Made by a program: the position numbers and the translations under genes. The notes under the pieces were generated by a model. It saw only the letters and a list, made by a program, of their open reading frames with translations. It was not told the origin of the DNA and made no database searches. This document shows, piece after piece, positions 14,762-29,100 of a DNA stretch of 64,000 nt (its first letter is position 1; each line of letters opens with the position of its first letter). This DNA comes from Lingula anatina (lineage: Eukaryota > Animalia > Brachiopoda), in assembly GCA_051362555.1 (NCBI GenBank), contig CM120642.1, positions 15,004,001 to 15,068,000 on the forward strand, written 5' to 3'.

Positions 14762-17700
14762 GAAAAGATCTGCAAAGGTTGGATGTTTCTCTTGTGGTAT
14801 CAGAAAACTGTACAATTATCTGGCATGTTTTTGTTCTGATTCAAGTGGGAAATTTCTTTTTTTTCTTGGTGGTTTACTTTTTTTATAACCTAAAATCATG
14901 TCTGAATTATCTTTGATTACAATGCCAAAGTCTTAGTCATGAAGGTCATTTTCTTGATCTGAAACAAACATCATAACATTCTGCATAGCATTTCACCTAA
15001 GAAACAAGTTCAATCATGTCCTTTTTTCAGGTGACAAAGCATTTTTTGCAAGCTATATCTTCAAGGGGCCTGGTAATTGTTCTCTTTGATCAACTTTCTG
15101 CAATTCTTCTCTGGGTGTGCATCTAGGAATTCGCTCTGATCAAAGCTCTCATGAAATATCGCCTGGCAAATAATTGAAAACGGCCTATAGAGCACATATT
15201 TGTTCAGATGTTATTCTGAAGAAATGAGATGTATGATCTTTGCACAGCAAATTCAAACTCCCAATCCATGCCAATAAGTGTTCAAGGGAGTTGCTTTTAG
15301 GGCTCATCTTAATCAAAGGCTCCATGAATGAAGGATGCCATTTCCTTTGAACTGGTTTGAGAACTTTTTTTATTCTAAAACACTTCTCCGGATTAGATTT
15401 TATTTTAGGGGGACTGTTCAGAAGTTATTGTTGTAGCAGGATTTGTCTGTCTCAGCAGGAATTCTTGCACGATTGCCTAATTGTCTGGTATGTCCCTCGT
15501 AATTCAAAGTACTTGGGTAAAGTTGGAAAAACTTAGTGGTCCATGATGTTGTTGATTTTGCTTTGTGAAGAGGCAAGCTGGACAATTAAGATGATCACAA
15601 TTTACATTGACTGCACCATAGCAAGAATCCCACTGAGATAGATCAATCCTGCTAGTATGATAACTTCTGTTCTAAACACAGTCTTAAATGGCACATGCAG
15701 AGCAGGATCTCTGTGACACTTTGTCCTTTACCAAGTTTTATATTCATGGTGATGTAATTTGTTTATCTAGTAAGACATAAAAGAACAGATAAATTTGATA
15801 AATTAAGTATCCTTTCAGTGGAGATTAAGTTGTGCTTCTTGGCAAAATAGACTGAGGTAATTCTGTACCTCCCATCTTTTTTTATCAGGTCATCTGATAA
15901 TGATAAGCTCACCCTAAAAAGTTATTCTGCCCACAGACAATTTAAATTTGTTACAGCGCATTCAGAACAGTGTCCTAACAGATCCATGGATCAAATATAG
16001 TGATCAACTAAAAAAGCTTGCCGCTTAATTCCCAATTAGACACTGAATAGATTTCCTGTGGGGATTACGCAACAAGCATTTATGTGGGTTGGCCATATTT
16101 GATCCGCGTATATGTTACTTCACTGTTCTGAATGTGCTCTTGCAGTCACTGTAGTAGAACAGGGCCAACTGTGAAATTAGATGTGTTGCCTTTGGTGCAC
16201 TAATCAAAATCGTACAGCTTGCTGAGTAGGTTTGCTCAGAGATAGGCATGTGCAACTCGATTGGAAATGCTACTTGTACATAGAAGTGTACTTGAAAACA
16301 CTACGCGGTCCTTTAAAGTTTCATGATAATCTTTGAGGAAAATAATGGGAATGTAATTTGAGTTGTATTGCATTTTGATTTGATTACATGCAGATCCTGC
16401 CTGCAAAAAGAGGACTGTCTGTCTGGAAATTATTCTGTCTTCCTGTCCTGATGGTGTGATGTTACATAAATGACATAAGAGTACTTGATAGGATTAAAAT
16501 CACATTAAGCATAGGAAAGGAATATGTGATAAGTATGCATTATAAAGGGAAATCGAGAAATAAAGTTTTAATCTGATTTTCACTTCTGCTGGCTTTTATG
16601 GAGGTCAAAAACTATTTTTTCTGCAGAATATCTGAAGTATAGTGCAAACTTTCAGGGATTTAAATATTTAATCTTGTGAATAAGAATTAATTATTTTTTA
16701 TCTGTCAGTCAATCAGGTTCAATTTGTACACAGACTGGCACATGAAGTCACTTGTTACAATACTGTATCAGTGTATGTATTGGTGCAATTTAGACATATA
16801 GATCTGGCTTCCAGAACTGCGTTCTTTTTCCAATACCTTAATGCTGTGTCTAAACAGTAGAGCAGTTGTTCACAAGAGTGTGTCAACATAGAAATGGAAT
16901 TTTACTATAATACAGATTACTTAACAAAGATCACATGTAACCACCTTGTGACTTCGTATTGGATTTTTACTTTCACATCAAGACTTAGTCATGGATCACT
17001 CTGTGTCATTTTAATTGGTTTTAACTGTTTTCAGTTTTTGTTTTCACTTTTCGTAGTTCATTTGTTCAATGTGTTGAAATATATCCTTTAAAAGAAATCA
17101 GTTTGTTTAGCAACTCCATAGTTCATAATGAACTTTTTGACTGAAGAAAATGAAGGAAGCTCGTGCAAGTGAAGGGCACATTTTTCTTTCACATTTGAGA
17201 AGCTTCAAAGTGCTTGAAGTTTTTACATTGATTTTTTGTGGCAGGGATCCTATTTTACTTGCGATCTAATGCTTTTACTGTTCCACCTTGGAAGAATGGC
17301 CAATGACAATTAAATGCAATTTGCCTTATGTACACACGCATTGTCCCCAGGGTCAGCCAAACATTTTCACTCAGGACTTTTCAAATAGCCCGAGAGGCCC
17401 TCCCTATGGAAACTGTACCAACATCACTGATTCTTCTTCCCACCTATTTATTATACATGTAAGGGCCTGTTTTTGAAATGTGTAAACATGCAACTGAATG
17501 ATAAAAGTCAGTGAGATGTTTTCTGCCGTCTCTGGCATGTGGGCAGAAACCCCATCATCTTGAATATGTGTAAAAAGAGCTAGACCATTAGGGATTAACA
17601 GCAATTTCTGATTGATTAATCCATTGCAAATTGAAACCCACACTGCCTTTATACGGTTGGATTACAGTTCAATCTTTGGCGTGTATTTGATGGAGTAAGC

Positions 17701-20700
17701 TGTTGTAAATAAGGAAATGTAGAATGAAATGATGCGGCATTGATTGCTACTGTATAATATTCCATCATGAGTTTTGGAGGTCATCTAGTATTGCTTAACT
17801 AAGTGTGTTTTAGAGTGTGTTCACATTGAAACTATCATACTAGGTAGTTTGAACTAACTCAGTGGGGATTCTTGCTGAATGCAATCAGATTATCAGATTA
17901 ACACATCTCTTCTTGTTTCCAATGTACTCATATAGTCACCAGCTTTTCTGTATTCTACTCAATGCCAGGAGGAGACTTGTTAATCTGATTGCATTCAGCG
18001 AGGGTCCCTGCAGAGTTAGTTCAAACTACCTTCTTCAATAGCATTCACTGTGAATGCACGCTTAGACTTACAAGGGTCCATGAAGTTAAATCTCGATGAC
18101 CATTAAATTTTTGTGTCATGGAGAAGGTCATAATATTGAATCTCTCAGTTCTTCCTCTCACTTAATCCTTTTGATAACTACCTAACTATGAGAATTATAT
18201 ACCTGGTAAGTGCAATTTAACCAACTGATGTAAAATGCTGATCAAAAATTCTCGGGTGAAGATCAGCAACAGACAGCAGTACCTATTGAAATCAAGCCAA
18301 CATCTGCACAGCACAAGTCCAATCAAAATGTTTCAGTTTTTGTACTTGTTTTTCTCCTAAAATCCAATCATTGCTGGCACTTAGTTCAGTGTGGATATTT
18401 GTTTGATTGTTCTATCAGCAATTGGATCCAATGAGATTTGGTCTCTTTGAAGTCTGCCGTGAAGACACTCAAAGTCTACTGGTATGTCACATGGTGAGAT
18501 TGAGCAACGGCAAATTAGCTCTCTGCACGTTATAACACAAATTGAAGTGAACCAACAGCGACATCATTCCAGCTAGGCTTTTCACTCTCAATTTTGATTT
18601 GATTTTTTTCTGCCCTGTTTAGTTCTTATGATATTGATTGATCATTGCAGTTATTTTGGTTTATCGTGGTAACACATCATCATTGCATGACAGTGGAAAG
18701 AAAATGAGCATTTCTACAGGGCATTTATTATGATGGTTGCGTGTTTCTCATGCAATTTGTGTATGTTTTTCTTTGTTTTGTTTTCTTTTAAATGCCACTG
18801 TAATTTTCTTGGCAGAAACATTGTTTGCTTCTCCAAATGCCACTTTAATTTTCTTGATTGAAACATTGCTTGTGGCCCATAGAGGAATGCGTCTTGTGTT
18901 TTAAAATTATCTTTGAAGATAGTTTCTTCCATTTATCAAAAACATAGTATCTCAGAAGTGACTTTCAGAAATTTGTCATTAGAAAATTTCACTTCAAAGT
19001 ATTTTTCATGACACAGGATTAAATTCAATACTGTTTCAAAAATATTTGAAAATGAAGTCAAATTTTATACATACTTTTTCAACAGTTAAAGATTACTATG
19101 AAATTGGTTTTTCTTTTTTTGTGTGTAATGATAAATAAGTTTTAAAAAGTATATTGCATCTTAAGAGACTAAAAATACTTTTTCTACTTATGTGGCATGC
19201 CCCTATGATGTTTCGAACCCTTCCTCAAAGGGCTTCTATCACGTATGCACTTGTGGACAATGTATTTTTTAATCAGTTACAAATGATTTTTTTCTTTTTA
19301 TCAAAGATTGACTTATCTTAGTTTGCTTTTTATTTCTTCTTAAGCTGGTGCCTTCATTTTGTAAGAAGAAGGCAGATAATCTCAGGGGGTGGGGGGGGAG
19401 GGGACAGGGAGAATTCCTCACTTTAATGGAAAAATAATTTTGGCAGTAGATCTAGGAGCAAAAGATACATCAAAAAATCTGTACAGCAATACGAATTTCC
19501 ATCCTTACTGTTCTTATCTAATCTTGACTTATTTGGCTTTCAGGTTACTTGAGATACATGTTGGCGCTGTTCAAATGCCACTGGGGCAGTGATAAAACGC
19601 TCGACTTTTATTTCTTAGTTTGTTTCTGGCTAGAAAGGTTAAGGCATATCTGCCGAGTGTTCAAAGAGTTATGTTCATGTTATAAGACTTTTTGGCAGTT
19701 TTTCAGAATCAGTGGTTCGTTTCTTGATGGGAAATTTAGAAAGGTAAAAATGTTAAAAAATGATATTTAGTATGCATATATAGCTATTGTCATTTTTAAG
19801 TCTTTCTTTGCCAATAAGGTTGAACCAAATTTATCACCCCCCCCCCTCCCCCCACTCCAAACCAGGTGTTGGTTTGCTCTTTTTCTATCTTTCCACAGGC
19901 TTGTATAGCATCTATTATATCTATTTTTACCCTAACACTTATTATATGATTGAACAGCATTAGCAAAGAAATTAGATTATGTAATAGCTACTTAAGATTA
20001 ATTACTGGAGTAATCCCATTTCTAGACTATTTATGGGCCTTATCAACTTACTAAGGAGAAGATAAATGAAAACAGTTACAAGCTAGCTGCAGTGCTATGT
20101 CACAGAACTTAAATTGAAGAGATCGATTGTTTTCATATTCTTTACAATAAAATGGTAGTCAGTAATTGAAAACAAATAGAGAGAGTACAAGTAATGAAAT
20201 TAAAAAGATCTCAAGTGAAAAAGCAGATCGAGTTGGCAACAATGTAGAGTCTACGTACGTACAATTCAATAACTCTCCTTATGATTTGGATGCAGCCAAC
20301 CCAGCATCTTATCAGACACCTCTGTAAGGTTACAGACTTAGTTACCCTTGCCCATAGGGAAGGACTCAAAATAGATCAATGCAGATAGGGGATTTTTTTA
20401 TTCTTTTCTGTGAGAAATTGCACCACAAATTGGTTTTGAGACATTGGTGTTGTCATGGGGCAGTTTCAGGTGGTGGAAGAAGATGTAGTTTGGCCGAAAG
20501 GAGCTACATCGTTGAGAAATCTGCCAGTGCTAATGCCGTAGGTTTATAGGTTTTGGTGATAATTACTGGGATAGATTGGGTACTGACAGTGTGCAAAAGT
20601 AGTTTGTTTATGCAGAAAGCTTATATTCTCATGGAAAACATACAAGTAGATGCATGTCTCCTTCATCCTCCTACCTGTAGTTCTCGTTAGAAATTTTTTT

Positions 20701-23084
20701 TCCCAATGAGGTGCATGTGTACACTTGCTGGGTTACCAACTCTTCTTTTTTCTACACTTAATATTTTGTGTCAAAATTCCATTTTAACTGAAAGAACATA
20801 TTTAGCCTCCTTTTATCTTGGCAGGTTAGACCTTCATCTTATAAATGTGATTGTTCTACAGAATGTTTCTAGTTCATAAGTAAAAACTGCAAACAATATC
20901 ATTTAGGCACTAGACAAGTAGCTTTACCCCATTCCCAAAGGAGCCCCTCCTAACTCACCTGGCATTTAGTTTATCATAGCAGTCAATTAACTAATAACAA
21001 GGAATTCCAGGTGAAATGGCTGGAAAGCAGAGTATTATGCAATGGCCCCCATCTCCCCAGCAAGAGCTTGGGGTACCTGTTGATTGATATGTCACTAATG
21101 GCTATTGGGAAATATAACCTTTAGTTGCTGGTCAACTCTTTGCTGGTGGATAAGGAATGCTAGAGTAGTGCGGAGTATGTAGTCCTTCGTTTTTTCACAT
21201 TTTAGATGTAGTCATGGTTTTTTTAAAATTATTGTTACTTTTCTACAAAGAACTAGTTTCAGATCTGATTCCAAGTTCAAGTATATGAAGAGATTCCTAC
21301 AACTGGTACTAATGGTGGGATGCCTACATGAAACACAAACACATGTAGACTACTACATATGGCACTTAATACATGGCTATACTGCACAGGTGTGATAGAC
21401 AGTTAAGCTACCTGTCAGTTACCTGTGAGGGGGGAGACTGGTTATAATTAAGGCTCACCCTGACACTGGTGATCAACTGCTGCCCCCTGTTGTGGTAGTT
21501 TATTCAAAATAGGAAATACCCCATTCATGATTGTTTTGCTGTAAATTAATTAACCACTTGATGTTCACTTCAATGTTTGGGACACTTGAAGCAACTGACC
21601 GTTCCTTATTTATAGGGCTGGCAAAACCTTTAAGTTTGTGGTAGAACTGCCAGGCCACACATTTTCAATGTACTGCTTAAAAATATAATGGATCTTGCAC
21701 TTTTTGAGAATTTGAATATTTTAAAATAGGGCTTCATGAATATTATTACAGACATGTATAGGGTTTAATTATCACATATGTAGTAATAATGTTTTTGTTT
21801 GAATAAAAATGCTACTCTTTTTTTCATGTTGGCAGACTTTCATAAAGCCCAGATGTGCTTTTAAAGCATCCTTTTTATACTTATTCAATTACTTAAAGCC
21901 AGGGTTTATTACTTTTCTTTTACATGTTAATGATACTTATGATCTGAACAAAACAAAAAGTTCTTTGAATATGATTTAAAATTAGAATAATTGCGTTTTT
22001 CATAAAATCATCAGAAAAATAATTACTACAGAGTTGAGTGAGTCATGTTATGTTACCAATACATAATTGAATCCTTTATGTCATTGTCATAATGCATGCC
22101 TTTCATCTTCATGAGGGCCATATTGCCGCTGGCAGGACAAAGTCGTACTATTATTTTCCCTAGGTGATTTATAAGTGTGTGTAATGGTAGGTGATGTCTC
22201 TTGTCATTTGTCTTAAGCCTAATCCAGATAGGGGAGCTGGTACAAAACAATCAGCACTTTGTAAAGTATTTACAGTCTGTCACTTCTTTCGACTATGAAA
22301 GTGTGTTGGGCTCATTAAAAAAAGCAACTCACACTTCACAGAGAGTGTTGGAAAAGTGCTGTGGTATAATAAAGTGGATGCTGGTTGTCACATGGGATAA
22401 CAGCTACAGATGTGAGAGGTATTCAGAATCTCATCTGGTGTCCTTGATTAAACAGTTCTTTTTCATTATGGCTGAAGTTATGAACACGAAGGCTGTGCCA
22501 TCATCTGTAATGCAACAATGTGTCATTTTGAGTTTGATGTGGTTTGCATGTCATAGTATGAAAGAAAACAGCAATGTATTGTCACATTTTTAATTGTCTT
22601 TCTGTCAGAGATGCTTTCTGGAGTGATGAGGTGATTACAGAGATGAATTGATTTGAGAGAGAGTGTGAGGAAGAGGAAGAAAGAAGTGAGACATGCATGC
22701 AAGCGAAACAAACAATAAAAATGTGTACATTTGTCATCAACATTTTGATGTTAAAATACACTTTTTACAGCTATATAAAATACTTCAAAAATCAAAAACA
22801 AAATGCGACTTAAGTTGTTCCTCACTTCTGCGGAACATATTACTGACCAATTAAAAATGATAATACTTAATTACATATTGAACTCCAATATTCAATACTT
22901 TCAGATCCAGCCTGTTCAACATCCTTAGTGGGCTGTACTCCATCTTTGTCATCATCCTTGGTGCTGTGCTGCCCATTGCTGAAATATTTGCACAGCCTGT
23001 GGCCATCAACTTCTTCGAGGTAAGGCATTTATGCTGCATTTACACTGAAGACAGGCTGACCCTGGGATGGAGGCGCTCCTGTGT

Positions 23085-23115
<31 letters not shown>

Positions 23116-26100
23116 GGGGGGCTCTTGTGAACAGAAATCATGACGTACCCATGAGTTTATGTTCAGGTAGAGGGAACTATAAAAGTAAACCAGTTATAAA
23201 AAAATTAAGATAAATATGAGTTGAGAAACTTTCCAGGTCATGTTGATAGACACATACTGCACCTGTTATTATGTGGACAGGTGATCAGCAGATGAAAAGT
23301 TCACTTGACTTTTTTTGTTAGTTCTGTTAAGATTCAAGGGGCACAGAACTAAACAGCTACATGCATATTATCCTGGTGCAAGCCTGACATGAACTTGTAT
23401 ACAATTCTGAGCTTTAGGCTTTTAGATTTTCCATTAATTGGCAGTCATTTGAGCAGACGTCTTCTAGGGCAGGTATCTGCCACCAGGTGGTGCTGTAGAT
23501 AAACTACCAAAAGCTTATCATTTGTTTAGATTAAAAAGAGTTTTAGAAAAGATCTGTTGATAATTAAAAAACCAGACCCCTTAATAATTGCCTCATTAAT
23601 TGAAAATGTCGGTAAGGCTGTTTGCTCTAATCTTTGACACAGATTAAAAATGGAAATTGGTTTTGTGCGTGTTGTATGCATGATGTATTCAGTATTTTGT
23701 TGGGTATAGTGGGTAGTATACTCAGTCTGTAGGTAATTTCCATGATTTTTAGACTGAATTGTAAAACGTTCTTGAAAACGTGAAGTAAATCCTGAGAGAG
23801 CATATCTACGAGGTATATTCAAGAGACAAGATAAATGGATAATTACAGCACAGAATAGCAGTGAACAATTAAAGTGCATGTTTTGTTATTCAGAACTTTG
23901 ATTTTTCCTTTAAAATTTATGATTGCATCTGTAACAAAACAATGTATTTGAAAATGTAACTCATCAAATACGCTTATTAAAGTATTTAAATACCGTACCT
24001 ATCTAACAGTGGTATGCAGTAAGTCAAACACAGTAATCCGTCTCCCCATCAAACTCAGGTGGTGGATGTAAACACAGACAGCAGGTGGGCAGGGAGTTTT
24101 TTCAACAACAAATGTCTTATCATGGTACGTAGATAGGTAGATAGCATAGAAGGTTTAAAAACAGCATCTGATGGATGCTAGGGGCATAGTATAGGCCTCA
24201 GAAGTCATGTACTGGTTACTGAGTTGTCAAAATATTGACATAATGTTTTCAGTCGAAACTATGTAAGCAATTTAAGATTTGTTAAGTGTTTGGTTTACTT
24301 TTTATTATTGGAGTGCAAAAGAATTTCTGCTCAGTTTATTTGACACTAGGAATATTTTGGTTGTATTAGATAATTATGTTTGTTTCAGTTAGTCAAAATA
24401 GAATTAGAAACAACGCAAAAGCTACATGTGTGATTGTGTTTGTTGTAAATCATTTTGTCTAGTCGTCAGCAATAAAGTAAAAATTGGTCGAGGAAAGCAC
24501 AATTTTAACTCTGGAAAAGCATAATTCTCTAACAGTAATGTGTTAATGTGCGTGGAGGTACCGATCCTGAAACAACATTTCCACCTTCTTCCTCTGCATT
24601 GCTCAGACTTGCATTCATTTTACTACTTAATTGAATTTGATCGTCCTCCCAGGTGAAATGCAACATTTTCACTGTTCTTAGAACATCATTGATTTCTGCT
24701 GTGTCTGCAAAGATAACCAACCTTCAGTCTGCCTGAATCACTGGGCCTGTTCACACCTGTTACTAACTTAGATCAACCAAACTGAATCGTTTGACAGGAC
24801 TGTGGTCATATGAAATTAGGACATCTGTAATGCCCACGACTTTGAAATCTGTCATTAATCAACCTTGTGGTCTGATGATGGCCACTGCTGAGGTTCAGAA
24901 AAGTTCTGGTCTAAGTTAGTCCAGTGTGTGAACAGGTCCATTGGGAACATGTTGGACAGTGCAGATAGTTCCTGTGATATGGCAACCTTTGTATGCTGAA
25001 CTATTGTCAGGTGTTGACTCATCACGAAGCTGAAACATGAGCTGCAAGACCACACTGCAGATCATATCTAGGTGATCAATTGTAACACTTATTTTGTCAG
25101 TGCTGTGAAAAAAACAGAAAAGAAGTCATCATTCTTAGTTTATCGGAATATAAAATGTTGTGGTAGAATAGTTGAGCATCAGTGACCTCTGTTATGATGA
25201 TGATGTCCAGGTTTTTAAGTTACTGCTCTTCCAGCAAGAAGCAAGGCACACTGCACTGTTGTTATTTTCAATTTTTCATCAGTCAATTTCAGTTGTACCT
25301 GTTAACAGTATTGACACAATTTTAAACATGAGCTGCTACACATTGCTACACAAAAGAGATTAAACTTAGTTAAATATGGGTGAATTGACCAAGTGATATC
25401 CAGGTAGAAACCCTGTAAAATATTGTTTTCCCAATCTCCAGCTTAATAAAATCTTTAACAGATCACTTATTCTTAATAAAATGTATCAACTATGGAGCTC
25501 AATACAATGTTTTAGTACTTCTGAAAACCTGAGAAAGATCATCTTAAGTTGGGTTAATATCAGAGCATATGTTTATGTAATTAACTAAAATATGACAAAA
25601 CTTGATATATGTAATATGTGAATACTAGTAAGTTGTTTTTGAAATTTGCGAAAAATTTCCATAGCTGTAACAATTGTGTAGCAGTATTGATGTATTTTCT
25701 AATTAGAAATTATGTTAGGCCAAGTCTTCTCTCTTCCTTATTTAGTACTCATTTATATTTGACTGTGTTTTCACAAATATGATATTAAAATTTATAAAGC
25801 TGTGGTAACAAATATGGAATATCACTTTAAAAATGAATGCATACAAATATGAGTTTATGAAAAAAAGCACTAGATTTAAAATGATTAAGGCACCTAGTAT
25901 AATATCCCTCATACAAATATGAGTTGTTTATGAAAAAAGCACTGGATTTAAAGCAATTAAGGCACCTAGTATAATTTCCCTCCTGGTACAATGTATAACT
26001 CCAGGCAGGATTGTATGATATTATGTTGTCTAAGATATATCATGCATGTATACTAGTGGCATATGGCTTCAGGGAAAACACCTTTCCAGGCTTCATGGAC

Positions 26101-29100
26101 AGATCTTTAATGGCACCTGAAAGCATAAAGGGAGTAGATTTTTAGGAGCCATTCAGATTGAGTTTGGTAGCATTAACTAGTGCACACTAACTCCACTGAC
26201 ACTGTTGCTGAATGCAATCAAATTAACAGGCTAACTTTTTGTTTTTTGTTCCCAGCGTACTTGTAAAAACACCAGCTTCTCTGTATTCTACCAGGAGTGG
26301 GCACATTAGTCTAGATCTGTTCACCTGTTTGCACTCAGCAAGAGTCCCTGTGGAGTAACTGTACACTATGTAGTCCAGTCAGTTAACTCATACTGAATGG
26401 CCCCTTAGTTATATGTAAACTATGTTACTGCATAGAGCTGGGAACCTAGGCCTTACCCTGTACAGAAATAGCCTAACTCACTGAAGTCATCATGTAGGGT
26501 TCACTTTCACAAAAGAATTTTGTGTTAAAAGTTGGTTTTAACTCTTGAAGACCAGAAATTTTGGTGTACTTTCATGTAGGATAAATATATTTTCAATGAC
26601 TAATATTCAATATCAGCTGTTTTATATTTTTTCATTAAACAGGCCCAGTGACTTATTCAGGACTGCATCTGGAGTATAAAGGCAGTTGTAGTAGATTGAA
26701 ATTTTTCTACTTGAGTGGATGAAAACATTAAAGGGATAATAACTTTTCGTTTCGGCCAAAAAATGAATTTTCCTGGAGTAAACGACAAATTTCCCATACT
26801 TACTAATGGTTAATGAATCCATTTTTACATTCAAAGTTTGTCCCTGGTTTTTTTTTCTAAAAAGTTTGTTTTTTTGTTAAAATCTCTTAAGAGATTTTAA
26901 CAGAGTATAGCCATCAATGGAGGTCACGTGGTCTAAGACAAGCTCATATATCACAAAACTGCCGTTTTTGTGGTAAAACAGAAAATATTATATTTCTATG
27001 AGTTATTCACAATGTTTTTATTGTGAAATATAGATCTCATACGAAGAGTTATTATCCCTTTAAACTTTGTGAAACTATCTGTAGATGACCAGGGCCCCGT
27101 ATCTCGAAAGCATCGCGCATTGCAACCGTGTGCAAGCGTCTCAATTCCATAACTCGCCCATTTTCGCCCCATATATACATTGTAGCCTCTATGTGATATC
27201 ACTATTCGTGGTTAGCGATGCTTTCGAGATACGGGGCCCAGATCTTCTCATATGCAGTTCATGGCACTACATATACACCACAAAGGACATTCTTGTGTCA
27301 TGTGGTTAGATATCAAAAGAAGGCGGCAAGATTATTTTCCAGACTGTGTTCTATCTTTAGTCATTACATAATTTTGCTTTTCTTACAATGATAAAATAGG
27401 AAAAACACCACTGTTTGTACATGTGCTGTAATTTTGTTTTCTTTATATAATTGTATCAGTTATTCTCAATCTCTAAAAATCTGATCCAAGTCATCTTGAA
27501 AACTCCATCAGTAAAAAATCTGGTAGTTAAATATGGCAGAGTGCTCTCTCTTCCTTCTATTAGCACACCAAAAAGTACAGTCAAGAATTTGATATTGATG
27601 TGAAGTCTTAAAAGGAAATGCAGGAAAGAAGCAAATCAATTAACTTCTGGTATTAAAGCTAACATGTGTTTTGTGGTCTTTTTAAAATGGCACAAAAAGA
27701 AGTTCTTTGTCAGTGGTAATATTCCATCAAACAATTCCCTGATTGCTTTTCATTCTACTTTGTTTGATGAGAAAATGATCAAATTCTGAATTGTGTCATT
27801 TTTCGATGTCACCTGCAGGTGGTAATGGGATTATTTAAATGTGTTTTTTTCATGCCATGCTGCACATGTTTCAGACATATGCCAATTTTCTTGGTTTCCT
27901 TTACAAAATCTTTTGTGAAATGGAAGCACCCAGTCATTTACAATTATCTTATGTGAAATTAGATCATAGCCCCTTGGAGCAGACAGGATATGTGATGTTG
28001 CAGATAACCCGAAGGTATCTGTTGTGTTGAGAATGTTGTAGGATTATTGATGAAAAATGATATGGATTATTGCAAGATAAAGAGACAGAAAACAATAAAG
28101 TAATGCTGACTAAAGCCTTGAAAAAAATATTCTTTATTTAGTACTAGGACCTAGATTACAGGGCCCTTGATTTGTTAATAAATATATTTTGAATGAAGTT
28201 GGTCTAGACAGCGCAGGGAGAACTAATTGAAAAATAGCTCTTGGACTAACTCCAGGAAATGGACTGGTTCGAACAAAATTTTAATGGCTGTGGGTGTAGG
28301 ACATGAGTGGCTTACATTGCAAACTCAAGAACTGAGTGCTGAGAAAAGATTATATTAAGACAAGCACTGGCTGATACTTTCTGTGACAGGGCTTATAAAG
28401 TTATTATTTCCTTTGAGAGGTGCATGACGTCTGTAGAACTCGCTGTCCTTCCTGCGGCTCTTGTGCATTGCATCCTGAAATATTTCATATTTCTCCAGCC
28501 ACATTGTCCTCTTTGTTACTTGATTATGTCTATTGTATTTAGGAATTTATATGAAAAGTTGACATATTATATTCACAGAAGTGTCTAGTACAGTTGTTTT
28601 CTTTTCTTTTGCTTTTTATTTCTAAGAATATGAGTATTAGACTCTCGGGATCAAGAAGGTCTGATAAAGATATTTAGTAATTTCTGGATATCTTATTTTG
28701 ACATGAAATTTCTAGCTGCAATATTGATCATACATTCTACCAGTTACTTCATTGTGTGTTATACATGTTTGAGGGAGGGGGGGGGGGCACAATTTTAAGG
28801 GAAAAAATAGCTTTGACTCATTTCCTAGGAGCATTGTGAGCATGCAGTTCATTTTGCAAGGCAAGAGTAGAATTGTTTATTACTTCATTTGCAGTAAACT
28901 ATTTAATAAACCTACGATGCCTGATGTGAATATAAGAAATTAGCCCTAGCTAAGACTGCATGTTGTATTGAAAATAAATTTAGTAGGGAGTGTGTGTGCA
29001 TTTTCACAATTTCATGAAAACTTTGGATTGTAAATTAACAGTTGACCTGTCAAAACAGTTGCAAGGGGTTACTGGAACATTCATTGTCTACTGAGTGGTC

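Noticed and set aside
14519-14839. 106-aa ORF MAVQRPRAQW...
   Set aside because: Wrong frame of otopetrin exon 3 running into the (GT)n repeat; the phase-compatible frame is GIGNGSPETQ...EAFR.
22201-22593. 130-aa intronic ORF
   Set aside because: TTG start, no recognisable motif, no phase-compatible splice sites identified.
26622-26834. Duplicated small ORF NVKMDSLTI.KYGK (also 52256-52468)
   Set aside because: Chance translation of the noncoding TTAA MITE present at both sites.
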